From Convolutriloba macropyga (taxonomy: Eukaryota): 64,000 bases of DNA. Positions within the stretch are counted from its first letter, which is position 1. Every line of letters starts with the position of its first letter. The notes beneath the pieces were generated by a model, which was not told the origin of the DNA, did not search any database, and was given only the letters and a program-made list of their open reading frames with translations. The translations under genes were made by a program, and so were the position numbers. Of the stretch, positions 12,001-27,000 are shown piece by piece. The DNA lies in assembly GCF_964194025.1 (NCBI RefSeq), contig NC_134472.1:57474001-57538000 (forward strand), written 5' to 3'.

Positions 12001-15000
12001 CAGACTAAGCTAAGACGACAAAGTTCAAAAGAAAAACTTGGAAAACTCGATTATTATTGAAACAATTAGTGTCAAAGTCATAGAAAGCACTAGCTTTGAA
12101 CAAAAACGATTAAATCGATAACTTTAACCCCAATTAGCAGCATCAGAGATCAATCCCCAATGCGATTAAACGATAACACATCAAAAAGTACAATAATACT
12201 TGCATAACTCAAAAATTCACTCCAAAGTTCTGAGAAAAAGTAGTGTCGAAGTCTTGAAAACCACTAGCTATTCACCAGAGTCATTAATTAGGTTCTTTAT
12301 GCCTCATTAACAACCAATCACACCCAATGACACTAAGTGATAAGACATGATATAATGTAAAAAAGCCAAAAACTAAAGATTAAAAATAGATGCAAAGTCT
12401 TTTTAGCTGCCCTCAAATGAATTCAAGCAAAGGCAAATAGGAATAATTAGAACACATATTTACCGTCTTAAAAGCACTGACGGAGAGGAAACTCTGAGAA
12501 AAGATTTCGAATTGATGTACTTAAAAAATCCCTCTCAACTACCGCGAAATTAATCAAACACCAATTTCTCACTCGACTTTAAAGGTATTTTGAAAAAAGT
12601 CTCGCCTCAATCCTACTCCACCTTTCGCTCCCTTTAGTTTTTCAGAGTAAACAAAATCACCACTCTAATTTGAGTTCTCACTGACGCAAAAAAGCCAAAA
12701 ATAGCGTGAACAGATCTTAAAGAAAAAGAAAGCGCACCAGTACAATTCAAATTCTTGAATTGTAAAAAACCAAGATGTCTCCAATTACAGCCACTATCGC
12801 TTCGCAGCTATTAAAACCTTTAAACCTCCAAAATGATGATTTTGGTTGGCAATGAGGAGTCACAAAAATTTTTAGGCAACGGTTTCAAAACGTTTCAAGC
12901 AACGTTAAACGCTATACAATCAACAAAAAATTACAATATTCTACATAACCTTTTTCGAAAAAATACATTCCAAGCAGATATCCGATTGGTATTTAAAAAA
13001 CAGAAAAACATGGGAAAAGACATGATTCATGTAGGAACTTTTTAAAGTGTGAACTATTTAAATATCAATTTGTTGCAACACATTCTTCTGCCATCTAATG
13101 AGCGGATACAGGGCCTAATATCAACGCCAAATAGCATTAGAGATGGCAACTAAGACTTTTAAGGACAAACTTTAAGTAGCGGCATCTAAAATTGGGCTTT
13201 ATCCGGTTTCAATTTTTAATTCCGTGTTGTGATACTGGTTCCGTTCATTTTAGATTGCTTTGCAGAGCAACTGCTGTCTGATAACATTTTTAGCAGAAGA
13301 GTGAAACTAGCCTAGAAAAGTCAAAAAGATTTCACGCAATAAGTTGAGCAAGCTGTAAACTAAGGTTTAGCAAAAAAAAGTTTATCGAAGAAGTAAAAAA
13401 ATATAGCCAAGAAAATTTTGGAAACGAGTCCAAGAGCGGTCCTCATGAAAAAATAAACTTTCAAATCATCTGGTTCCTACTAAAGTGACTAAAAACAAAA
13501 TATGACGATAGCCCATAAAACCAACTGAACTAAAATACATAACACCTACGTACAAAGAGAGCCAAATTTCTTGTACGCTATTGAAAATATCAAAGTACGC
13601 GAGCAACAAAAGTCAAGCGACGTTAGGCTCCCAGAACTTTATTTTGGAAAAAAAATTGAATACTGCAAGAAACTGACAAAAATTATTACAAAATTTATCA
13701 ATTTCCGTAAATTCTCTCAATCGAACCACTATATCACAATACAAAAACAGTATTCAATTGCTAGCTAGATAAACTTTATCGCCTCCACTATAAACATTAG
13801 TTGTCGCTTCAAATCACAATGAACGCAGAAAACTAAACGGCCAAAAAATTAATCAAATCAAAATTAATCATGAGAAAGAACACTATTAAAATGCAGAGTT
13901 TCGTATGTTACCAAAGCAAGCCCTAAGTATATTCAGAGGAATGAGTTGTTCAAAATATGTAAAAGTGAATCTAGCAAAACCTCAGTGCCATATTATGTTA
14001 AATAAAATCAATTCAAATAAAAACTTGAAAATTCAAACAAAAAAGAAAAAACTATGCATTCAAATCAACAAATTTCAATTTAATAAAGACAAGACGAATA
14101 AAACTATAGGTCTCAGAATGTTAGAAAGAAATGCGCTAGGCTGTGGATTATACATTTATTGTGAAAACGATTCGCAATTTCGGAAAAAACTGGAAACTCT
14201 AAATAAAATCAAAATGAAACTTTGAGGTCAAAAAGCATGGATTTTTTGTTATCAAGCAATTGAGATTTGAGAGCATTACATAGCCATCTTCCTGTCCTTT
14301 TGGAATAAAAAAGAGCTCAATTGGGAACAGAAACAATTTGAAGAAATATGGTAAACAAATTTTACTGAATTTTAAAGATATCGCCAAAACCAATTCAATT
14401 AGCAACAAAACAAAACAAAAAAACACAGATGATGCACCAAAAGGTTTTTTATGGTAAAAAACCTTCACAGTACAAACAAAAAGGCTTAGAAAACTTTGAC
14501 AAAAACCGCCAAAATTGGATTAGCATGTGCACAATTTTATAAAAACAAAAACAACTCACTTCAAAAAGGCATCCAATTCAGGAATTATCAAAAATGCGTG
14601 GACATATTTAATAACTAATTTGGTTTGAAAAAAGTCCGCCCAAAAGAGTAAAAAAACGTAGAAATTAATAATAAATAGCCAAAAACTGAAAAAAAAATGC
14701 GAATTATGGACCAATTTTGCACTTGAAACGCATTATTAAGCTCTCAGAAATATTGTGGAATCGATTTCAGAATTGTTGTCGATCAAAATTAACTTCTACA
14801 AAAAACCAAACATACCCGGCAAATTGCCGGAAAATAGCCGCCGTTGATTCCAATGAGCATGATTGGGATTGAAAGAATAGAAGATATTGAAAAAAAATTT
14901 TTGTACAAAAACATTTTTTAAGTCCGATTTATTTGATGGCATTTCGTACTTGAACATAACGTACTTCTGTTTCTTAGAGAGAGGCTACAGGTGCTATTAT

Positions 15001-18000
15001 TAATACCAATAAGCATTAGAGATGGTAAATAAGACTTATAGGAACGACGTTCAAATAGCGGGCATCTAAAATTGGGCTTTATGGGTTTATCCCGTTTCTA
15101 CTTCTGACTTCAATTTTTTATACTGACTCTGTTCATTTTGAATTGCTTTGCTGAGCAACTGATAATCAAAATCACTTTTAGCAGAATGAGAGAAGAGAGA
15201 AACTAGCCTAGAGAAGTCCAAAAGATATCACGCAAAATGTTGAAAAAGCGGCAAAATGAGGTAAGGCGAAACATTTTTTTATTCCACGAAGTAAAAAACA
15301 TAGCAGGACAAGTACTGACGTACAATTCAAAGAATTTTCATTGACTAAACAAAAAAACTAGACCTAGAATGGACTATGAGTGAATTGAGAAAACCATTTT
15401 AAAAAAATCAGATCAAAAAATAAGAGAAAAAAACAAAAAATCAATGTCAAAAGGCCGCATGTGAACAAAAAAACCACTAGCGAGAAATGAAAATTTAATT
15501 CAAACAAAAAACTAGGCCTAGAATGAGCTGTGAATGGATTGGGAAAACCATTTAGAAAAAATCCTATCCAAAAAATCGAAAAAACAGTAAAAATCAGAGT
15601 GAAATTGCCGCATGTGAACAAAAAACCACTACCGAGAAACCGAATTTTTGTTCAAACACCATTTTTGCACTCTACTTTAAAATTAGAGCGAAAAAAATTC
15701 ACGCCGCAAAACCACTCGCTTTTTCGCTCCATTTCCTGTTTCGGCGTGACCAAAATCACTACTCCAATTTGACTTCAAAAATCATGAAAATGTGTGAACA
15801 GATCATAAAAAAAAAACATAGCCGGAAGAATTCCGGAAACGACTCGAAGTAAAAATCTGAATCTGACGAAGAAAAAATTCTCACTAATCAGATGCATCAC
15901 CAGCATATTACCAATCACCAATCGACAGATAGCGTAACCAATTCACAAAGAAAATACTGGAGAACTGGAAACTTGACAAAGGAGAAAATAAAAAAAAAAA
16001 TTATTCTCTAAAAGCCCAAATAAAATTCTCTACAAAAAGATAACATGCAGTTTCCCATCTATAACTAATAGAAATCAATTAGTTATATATTTGGCTAGAT
16101 CAATCGCCCACCTAGTACTTGCAGAGAAATGTTAAACAAAAAACTAAAAAAGACTATTAAATCTTGAACGAATTAGAAATTTGTATAATTTGTTTAAATG
16201 AAAACTGCCCTCCTGCTAAGCCTTCAAGTGCAAATTCATAGTATCCACACCTACAAAATGCTCCTTATTGAGAAAAAGTTGCCAACAAAAAACATTAAAT
16301 TGGAAGAAGTAGGGAAAAAAACTTAAGAAAAAAGACAAAAATTGGCCAAAATTTGCTCTGATTTACTCGAATTTCTTTAACAAAAACAACTCGAAACTAA
16401 TATCAATCAAAATGAAAAACATCCAAAAGAACTAAAACAGCTGACTTCCACTATAAAACTCCCCAAATGATATCAAAGGTTGAAAAAGAATAGAAAGGAC
16501 ATTTAAAACCAAATTGAACAAAAAAAACGAGAAAAAGTAAGGTGTTTTTTTAAATTTTACAAGAAAAAAGCCAAATAAAATTATTTTGATCAAATAGAGC
16601 AATGAATTGATCGCGAAATAATGGACAAGTAATGGACAAGCTAAGAAAATGTCTACGATTGAAAAAAAAAGCGAAAAAGCAAACAAATTTCAAAAAATGG
16701 TTGAAAAATTTTCAATTTTTCTGTCATTTTTCTTCAGAAAAAAAGTTTTATACCAGCAAAATTGTAATCAATTTGTATCCCTGATATTCCTTGAGTAACG
16801 AGCTTCTATGCAAATTGCACTTAAAGCAGTAAAACAAAACAAAAGGCCGAAATACAATAAATTTCGTCGAAAAATCAGCAAAACTGATCAAAAACCTCCA
16901 AATTTGCATAAAACTCAAATTAACTACTTGAAACCTTTCATTCCTATCAGAACGAGCCCAAATCCAATACAAAATCATAATCAAACCTCAAAAACAAGAA
17001 AAGTTTCAAAAAAACTGCTTTTAAAAGCCGCAGGTAAACAAAAAAATTTCGCTCGCTCAGAGAAAATTTTTTCACACATCAATTTCTCGCTCTCTCAAAA
17101 ACAGCGGTATGAACAAAAAACCACTCTCGTTTCGCTCCGCTCTTCACTTTTGTTCAGCAACCAAATCACTCGAAATTTTTTCACGCGTTTCATTTCCCGC
17201 TTCAAAATTCACTCCAATAAAATTGATTAAAAAAAAAAGGACTTCTCCAATACTCCTCTTCGAGTCGTAAAAAAGACAGCGCCCCAATACAATTCAAATT
17301 CTTTGAATTGTAAAAAATAGGAGCGCTATAATAGCCGGCTGAGAAGATGAGGGCGGCTATTAATTACAATAAAAAAATTGGGCCAAATGGACGAAAACTC
17401 GGCTAAAAACTGTCATCTATATGCGCCAATCTATCAAAAACTCTTCAAAGTCGAAAAGTCATTCACTGAACGCAGCGCATGAACAAAAAACTTCTCTCGC
17501 TCGGAAAAAAATAGTTAACACGGCAATTTTACACACTTTCACTATTAGGTCAAAACGCCGCCTGAACAAATACACTTCCGGTAAAAAAAACAAATACTCC
17601 TCTTCGTAAAAACAATTGTAGCGCTATAATAGTGGGCTGAGAAACTGAGGCGGCTATTAAACAACTAACCTGTGTTTTTCGTGAATAAATCAATCAAAAA
17701 GCGACATTAAAAAAAAGCGAATTTGCTCTAACATAGCTGAGGAAAAAAACATAGCTGAGGCCTATTATAAACTCGCAATAATATAACATTCATTTGTAAC
17801 TTCTTCTTTGAGACGCGTAATCGAGAGGACTTGGATAAATTAAAACAGGACAAAACAGTTAGTTCACTCGCAATTCCACGAGGTCAATTTTAAAGTCCAG
17901 AATGTAATATCATTTCTGATACTTACTATCATCTTCTTCGATGTCGTCGACGTTGAATGGTTCAATGGTTTCTGGCTTGTGCTCTTGGGCTATGTCATTC

Positions 18001-21000
18001 TCCATGTCCTAAAACACCAATACAATGTGAACAAATGGTATCAGTAATCAATTACTTTCGGCGGGACGAAAATATTGATGAAAGAAAGAATAAATGAACT
18101 TTTGAACCTGGTATGATAAGTCAGCATCAAATGGCTGCAACAAAATACCAACAACTAGTATCCATAATCATATCGTACTTAAAAATAGATTCCGAAAAAC
18201 AGCCTTCAAAAGCATCCTATGAAAGCTAAACAAAAGATGACATGAAACAAAACAAACATGACGCAATATGAAGAGTATCCAAATATTCAGGTACATGACT
18301 GCGCCTAAAAAATCTCATCATTAGGTCAATTTGAGTTTGTTCATTGGAACAGACATCGCAAGGTTTTATTTTTATTGACGATTTACATTAGCAGGGATAA
18401 ATTCATACTTCGAAGAATGCCGGGAGACAAATCTACTTCATTCACACTCATATCTTGCAAATTTAATTAGCATCAGTCTGAAAATTCATCCCACTCATTG
18501 GGTCTATCCGCCGGCTTTTAATGGCCCACGTATATAAAACACTGAAAAATTTATGAGCTCAGTACATGCGCACTGTCGATGGTTTGAAGGTACGCATGAA
18601 ACAGATTGAGGCTGCATTAAATGCACATGCCGTTGAAAACGAAAGGGTGCACTGCAGCCTTTACCTTTCAGGTAGATCAAAGCCTCCTATTTATTATTAT
18701 TTACTTCCAGTTCCCAATAGAAACGCACACCGTATACCTTTATGCGTTGCCTCTTTCACAGTTGCACTGTAGGACTGATTGTCATTAGGGCTATATTGAA
18801 AATAGTCCGGCCTTCAACAAAAATCACTCTCGCTTCTTTCAAACGGAAATAGGCCAAAGAAACCAGCGAGCTTGAAAACAAAAATGGTAAAAATGAGAGC
18901 TAGCTGCTTCACGTTGCAAGTATGATTAATTGTCCTTGGGCATAATATCGATTGCTCAATAAATGTTCATATTCATTAGCATGAAAGTACATTAATTCAA
19001 ACTCTCGCCAACGGCGCCTATTTATGCTATTTTACACATTTCAACGGACCATTTCGGTTTTAATACAAACTACAATAATATTTGGCCGGCGCAAACTTAT
19101 TCCTGCAAAATATTTCGCAGGGTTCATATAAATGTAGTATTCATAGGTTGGGTAGAAGCTTAAGCGGTGTAGGTCGCTCCTTATTATGGTATTAGGGAGC
19201 GCATGAACATGTATTTTGAATCAAAATTCCGCGGAACCATAATCGTGTTTCTAATTCTGGGCGTAATATTACTGTTCCACTTCAGCTGAGCGCAGAGAAT
19301 ACTTTGTTCATGGGTTTGTGAGCTAGTAGCTGTTCGTACCAAATGTTGGTTATAGACAGTCTGGTGCAAAATTCTGACCGTTACTGAAGGACTGCAGCGA
19401 ATAGAGATGGAACTATTTTGATTGTTTTAGCAGATTAGAGGGAGCCCCGATTCAAAACCCACTGTTTAATCACTCAACACACAATACAATCACTTGAAAG
19501 AGCCACAATTGTAAAATGACAAAGCCATGTTATTAGATAACACCCTTCAAAATCATCTGTTCACAGGAGCAATTTTGTGACTGTTTTTCAAACATTGAAA
19601 ATTTCATATCTATGCTTTTAAGCTGAGCTACTTAGAGAAGACCAATCAGCCTCTGATCAAATAAATGCAATCTGGCAAATGTATACCAAAAACTGTAGAG
19701 AATTTTGAAATTCCAAAAAACCAACAATTAATAACCACTGCCAAAGAAGGGAAGGACACCGCATTTCTTTCCAGTAAACTAAATACGTTTACCTTAACAG
19801 TTAAAATAAGTTTAACCGAGTTTCACTCAACCTGAATGCTCATTTAAAACAGAATTAGCCTAACGATGCGCAACTCAATTTACAAATTTCAAATTCAGAA
19901 GCAATAAACGACAGCGGGCCACAAACTTCCCAAGCCAAAATTGATACGCAGAATGCAATCACGCCGGAAAAACTAAAATAAGTAAAACCAAGCCCAAAAA
20001 ACATCCGGATGGGTCCAGAACTGGCCGCAGAAAGTATACAAAACTAATTTGAAAACACCAGCATCTCACCTTCCTTTCACCTTCCTAGAAAAACAAGGGA
20101 AAAAGAACAAATTTAAATAACAATTTAGATTATTTAAAAAAAATTGATGTCAAAATTTTTAAGACGAACAACAAAAGCCGTATGCATCATCATGCCAAAG
20201 CATATAAAAACGGTACACAATGCGACTAAGGCACAAAGTCTCAAAAAGAAACAACCGACAAACGTCGGGAAAATTGATCGAAAACGACCGCCGAGCAGTT
20301 TGCTGTCGGTAGTAGCCACCCAAGGCTTAGGGATATTAGCATTAGGGCGTATCAGGGGACAAGAGAAATGGGGGTCTACGCCGCCAGGTGCAGGCGGGCG
20401 GATGGGGAGAGTGGCGGGCTATGAGTGAGTGGGTGTTACCGGGATGGGTGGTGACTGAGGGGAGATGGGGGTGTGACTGAAGGTGGCACTCTTAGGATTC
20501 AGAGCCATCCTTCGCACTGTGAATTTATGTCTCCTCAAAGAAGTTTCTGTGAATTGCATCTCAAGGCTTTATGTTTATCCCATCCCGTTTTTGAGGACAA
20601 AAAAATTAAAGCGTCGGACGAAAAAATGGTCCAGCGAAAAATCGCATGAAGATCGCGGGAATAATTACAAATTCTTCTTAAAAACATGACATAGGACACA
20701 TGTATTAAATTATAAGTAATGGTGAAAAGATAAACAACACCGAACACAGAAGTCCAAACGCAGCACGTTGACAATAACTTTCTCGAAAATTTGCTTTTTA
20801 AGTGATTCTGAAACAACTTCAGGCAACTTTTCCCTCCCTTTAAAGCTTCAAAGTTTTGAGCACCCGTGGAACAACTTTGAAAGTTTTTTTCCCAGTTTAG
20901 GTAATTTTTTTTAAAAAATTCGCAAAGCAGGCTTAAGTGATTTTTGACGTATTCAAAAAACGCCAAAAAATGCCTTAAAAAGATAGCCAACATTTCCGTA

Positions 21001-24000
21001 AAATAGCTGCCATTGAATCCCATAAATCCTTTTAAGTTAAATAATCAAAAAAATGACGCTACTTCGATTAGATCTCGCAGTTAGGCACGCTGGTCTCTTT
21101 ATGAGAGGACAGATGGATTAGCATCATTAGAAATAAGCATTAGACTTTGTAACTAAAACCAATTAGAATAAAGTTCAAAAACAGGGCAGATAAAATTGGG
21201 CTCAATGCAAAATGTTCAAAAAGTAGAATTAGGTGAAGCAAGACAAATCTTTGTTCGACAATAAAAAAGGCTAGCAATAATGGCCAGCTGAGGGCGGCTA
21301 TCAATTAATATTCAGGCCCAAAAAGGGAAGGATACCACAGTTATTTCCAGTAAACTAAACATCCTTAGCTGCGACGCTCATCAATGTCATATTGATGCAT
21401 GACACCAGTCCTTTATTCAATTCAAACGATATTAGATTTCCTTTTCCTGTTCTAACATGGTGTTCAGCACTTCAAAATGTGCCCCTATTAACAGCAACAA
21501 AATTATTTTATGAGGCCAAAAAAGTTGCATACCAAGAGATAGCAGAAAAACCTTACGACTGCAACTAAAAATAGGCAAAAATTCACAAGATTAGGCCTAT
21601 TAAAATTAGCAAATGGCTCGAACCCCAGCAACAACAATTGACCAACTTTGTCTTCATTTGGGTTGAAATAGCCGAAGAAATAGCATAGCTGGCAAATTGT
21701 CAGAAAAAAGTAGCCACAGCTTCGTAGATCTGTAGTCTCAAAAAGATAAAAGAAACAACCAAAAAAGAAACTTTTCACTAAATGCGAGGTTAATTTTTGA
21801 TAAAGAACTGTTTAACTCATTGCTGTTACTATTAGCTGTCCTAATTACCCTTCAATTAGAGTGACAAGCTCTCACTTACCCTTATCTCTTTGAATTAAAG
21901 GGAAGGAAAGTCAATTTCAGAGTAAATAATTCATTTTAGAGAGTGAGATAAGGATAAGTCACGTGTGACTAAAAACTTGTTCAAGCGAATTCTCTCTCCA
22001 TTAAGAGTAAAAACTGAGGTCGCGCACGCAATTCATTTGAAAATTCATGAACAAACGAACGAAAAGCATTTGAAGTGATTCATATGGTCATAAAAAATCT
22101 TGACAAAATAAAAAAGTATAGCAGGACAAGTCCTGACACAATTCAAATAAATTTTTATTGACTAAACGAAAAATGACCCAGAATATACTATAGATGGATT
22201 GGGAAAACCATTTAAAAATAATTAAATAAAATTCGAAAAAATAGTAAAAAAATGAATGTCCCAACGCCGCATGTGAACAAAAAACCACTAGGGAAAAGCT
22301 TTTTGTTCCGACACCATTTCCTGGCCCCGCTTTAAAATTAGAGCGAAAAATTTCATGTCGCATAGCCACTCGCTTTTTCGCTCCAATTCCTGTTTGCAGC
22401 GTGACCAAAATCATCACTCCAATTTGACTTCAAAAATCATTAAAATGTGTGAACAGATCTTTTAAAAAAGACAGCGCCCCAATACAAAACATAGAGATAG
22501 AGAGCAGATTGCCGGAAGAGTTGCCGTTGACGCACTTGCCGCACATCGGGATTGAAACGGAAAAGAAGAGAAATTGGCAGAATTTTTTCTGTGTTCTAAT
22601 TCGGTGTGCAGCTTCAATTAAATTCTAAAACGATACTAAATTATCTTCTTAACTGACAGCTATTAAGCTAAACGTCAACTAGAAGCGCTCTAATGCAATT
22701 TGATAACCTAACGGAGTATGACTTTATGACCAAGCTTTATCCCGTTTCTTTTGTTTATCCTTCTGACTTTGACTGCATTCACTACATTGCGTAATTCAAT
22801 GCGTGAAAGAATTCAAAATCCATTCAGTTGAAACAGCGAGTGAGATCAGTCACAAGTCAAGCGGGAAAATTGTGACTTATGTAAAACGAAAAACGTGATC
22901 AAAGGCTATTGCGAATTTTAAAAAAGAGTAATTTTTACAATTCTTTGAATTGTAAAAAAAAACCAAGAGAAGACCAATAATAGCCTCTGCTAAAAATGAC
23001 CATTGGTCTACTAAAAATGACCATTGCCTCGACTTTTTTGAAGATTAGACTTTGTATTGAGTGATCATTTTTTAAAACATAACTTACCAACGTCGGCCGA
23101 ATTGCTCACAAACTATTAACGAGCGGTTGGGTGTCCTTAGCTCGCTGCGGCTTAGGGAGGCTAGTGTTGGTTTAAATGAGGGAGGAGCATGGGGAGAAAA
23201 CAACAACTGAAACAATCACACTAGGCGCAAAAATTTGAAAAACATCAGGTTAACCGCAGAAAAGACAAACTGAAATTCCATTTCAAGAATTTTGTTACAA
23301 AGCACATCCTATAGATCTTGTAGAGCTTCATGAGCTGGAATTTATTCAGTTTCAAAATCACACAATTTATGAACACAACCAAGACAGCACAGTGCAATTT
23401 GTTTCCTAAGAACTGCAATGAAGTTCTATAAAAGCAGCACAAAAATATGCCAGAATATTGCAATAATTGAACATAGACTGAGCGTTTTTTGGCGAGGTGA
23501 GGCAAACAATTTAGAAGGGGACATAGGCTGGAGAAACTTCATTGGTGCAAAAACTTCTAACCAGGGAGTGGGGGTTCGAACGTAGGTTCATCGCTCACAA
23601 TCCATTTTACTTTAGAAACAGACTTAATTTCTGAATTTCTGCAATTCATGAAAACAAAGCGTAAGTTCAAAACACACCCGGCAGATTGCCGGAAAATAGC
23701 CGCCGTTGATTCCAATAAGAATGATTGGGATTGAAAGAAGAGATATTGAAAAAAAAAGATTTTTGTACAAAAACATTTTTTAAGTCCGATTTATTTGATG
23801 GCATTTCGTACTTGAACATAACGTACTTCTGTTTCTTAGAGAGAGGCTACAGGGGCTATTATTAATACCAATAAGCATTAGAGATGGTAAATAAGACTTA
23901 TAGGAACGAGGTTCAAATAGCGGGCATCTAAAATTGGGCTTTATGGGTTTATCCCGTTTCTACTTCTGACTTCAATTTTTTTATACTGACTCTGTTCATT

Positions 24001-27000
24001 TTGAATTGCTTTGCTGAGCAACTGATGTTCAAAATCACATTTAGCAGAATGAGAGAAGAGAGAAACTAGCCTAGAGAAGTCAAAAAGATATCACGCAAAA
24101 TGTTGAAAAAGCGGCAAAATGAGGTAAAGCGAAACATTTTTTTATTCGACGAAGTAAAAAAACATAGCAGGACAAGTCCTGACGTACAATTCAAAGAATT
24201 TTCATTGACTTAACAGAAAACTACACCAAAAACGGACTATGAATGGATTGGAAAAACCATTTAGAAAAAAAAATCGATACAAAAAATCGAAAAAAAACAG
24301 TAAAAATCAGAAAGAAATTGCCGCATGTGAACAAAAAACACCGTTTTCTCACTCTACTTTAAATTTAGAGCGAAAAAATTTCACGTCGCAAAACCACTCG
24401 CTTTTTCGCTCCAATTCCTGTTTCGGCGTGACCAAAATCACTACTCCAATTTGACTTCAAAAATCATGAAAATGCGTGAACAGATCTTAAAAAAGACAGC
24501 GCCCCAATACAATTCAAATTCTTTGAATTGTTAAAAAATAGGAGCGCTATAATAGCCGGCTGAGAAGATGAGGGCGGCTATTAATCAATCAAAATCTAAA
24601 AGTCAAGCGAAGTGAAATCAAAAGAATCTTCAAGAAAAAGTCAAGCAAAAATTTTGCATAAAAAGACACAGACACGCGAAAATTTGGCATCCAAAAGTAT
24701 TTCATGGAATTGATTTTTAGGTACAGAGAGCTGTAAAATTATACAGTCACTCTAAAAACACAGTCATTCACCTTCTTTAAAAAACCGGAAATTGCATTAG
24801 CTTTGCTCAGTCGTGACAATGTTGTCGTGAGAAACTCATTCTGACGCAGCGAGATTCAGAATTGCCATCAAAATTCAAAATTTACTGAGTTTCCATGATA
24901 GTTCTAGAGGAACTTTATGCAGCTAACGAGTACAATGCTAAAACTGTTACAACAAACACTTACTGACCCTAGTCAAGTTATATCTTGGTGCAAGAAATTA
25001 TTTACGGATCAGCCGACTGCTAATTACAATGGCTTTTTAATATACTGTAATGCGTTGAAAAGTGAGACAAAGAACAGACAGGACTAACCGACTGGCTCTA
25101 AAACGTGTTCATGTAGGATGTTTTTATGAGCAACCACGTCCTATATGCATAATGTCAAATATTGTCATGCTATCGCTCACTTAATAGCGCAGGTTAAGAG
25201 GATATCAACTATCACGTTAATACTCACGATATCTTTATCCTGAAATCAGTCTGTAATAGACATCAATCCCTCATGATGACTTACATATGTCCCATTTTGA
25301 GCAGACCCAATATGAGGTGATAATTTGTCATCGGACCACACTACCAATCAGGTAAGGCAGAATGGATAATTTAAAAAGGAAATGTTTCCTCCTCCCGTCA
25401 ACATTGTTTCAACTTCCTGGTGGAGAAATGATATGCAACGGATAGTTCTATATATTAGCAGATTATAATGTCTTACCAAGTCGAAATGATCTATTAATTG
25501 GTTCAATTTAAAATTCAGAAAATTCTGTCCCTTAGGATGCCAAAAACTGAACTCACGGGGAAGGAACACCCGCAAAAACCAATCGAATTATTTCTTCAAC
25601 TAATTGGATCTAAATTTGGATTAAAATTTGCGAATATGAGGCATACTACTTCTAACTCTAAACTTAGGAAGCAGCTTAGAGGATAAATGTTCTGAAGGTA
25701 AAGATATCCACAATTTTTATAAGCAGAATTTGAAAACTTTACGACAATAATAATCATACAAAGATGGGGAAAGTGGACACAATGCGGATAACTCTTTAAC
25801 TCCCTTCAGCACACATACTGTGTATGAAGAAAAGCAGGGCGAAGGGAGGGCTCATTTTATGCGCAAGGGTACTAAGACCATGAGGATACCCACCATGGTG
25901 ATATTTCCTGTGACTTGGGTCACTGGCTTCAGCACATTAATGACAGCCACGTATCTCTTCTTTTGCGCAATCATGAGCGGCGTCGCCCCCGTAAGGGTCT
26001 TGGCGTTGGGGTTGGCACCCTCCCTCAGCAACAGGTCAACCATGGCTGTGTTGCCCTGGTGTGCCGCTATGTGCAATGCAGAGTGCCCTGCTTCGTTCGT
26101 GTCGTGTACGGAACAGCCCACTCGCAACAGGTATTTCACAACGTCCATGTTGTCTAAACACAACAAAGTTTCAACAGGTCAGAATTAAAAGCCCTACTTT
26201 CAGTACCTTAAGACGCAGAGTCATAGTTTTCCTATTCTACTTTACTGATCCAGAAGGTCACAAATTTTATTACTGTGACCAATATAGTTGGTTAATTTTT
26301 AGTTCTAAATAGTAAACATTTTACTTTGGAATTTTTCAATTAAATGCTTAGAAAGACCACACAACCCACACGGTTCATCAGAAAGCGTATGCCGGGATAA
26401 AAACAAAATGAAGTCTTTAAAATTATACATCAAGTTAGCATGACCACTGAGTCATGCAAATAACGATTATTGCAAGAATCCTGATTGTCTCAACTATTTT
26501 AACATCACAGCAATCCGTCCAAAAACTCTTTTTAAAGGCAACCTGTCACATCTAATTCACTCGAACTTCCAATTGACCTCTGAAATTTACAGCAGCCTCA
26601 AGCAATTAATGTGGAACCACTTTTGCACGGTTTCGTCGCAGCCGACTAAACGCAAATTGTAGTACATGGAAACTAAGCTACAAAACTCGCAAATTTGATC
26701 AAAATATTTCCACACATGATAATTCAAATTGCACATTACCATCAAAGCGCATGAAATAATTTATTTCACTTTGAAGACTTCAAATTGTATCATAACTTCT
26801 CAACTCGACCAAAATAGAGTAGAAATAGAAGTTAGTTAGTAGAAATTATAACCCGGGAGACTTATTCTACCAACACACGACAACTCAATAGCAACTAACT
26901 GAGCTTAGAACCTCCGATCTAGCACTAGATTAATACCACCACACAACTCACTTTTCTCTTTCTTGCATTTCACAACTTAAACGCATTTGTAGCTAGCACC

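Noticed and set aside
25852-25893. Hydrophobic read-through tail [13 protein letters not shown] as a membrane anchor
   Set aside because: It is too short for a transmembrane helix and most simply intronic sequence after the donor.
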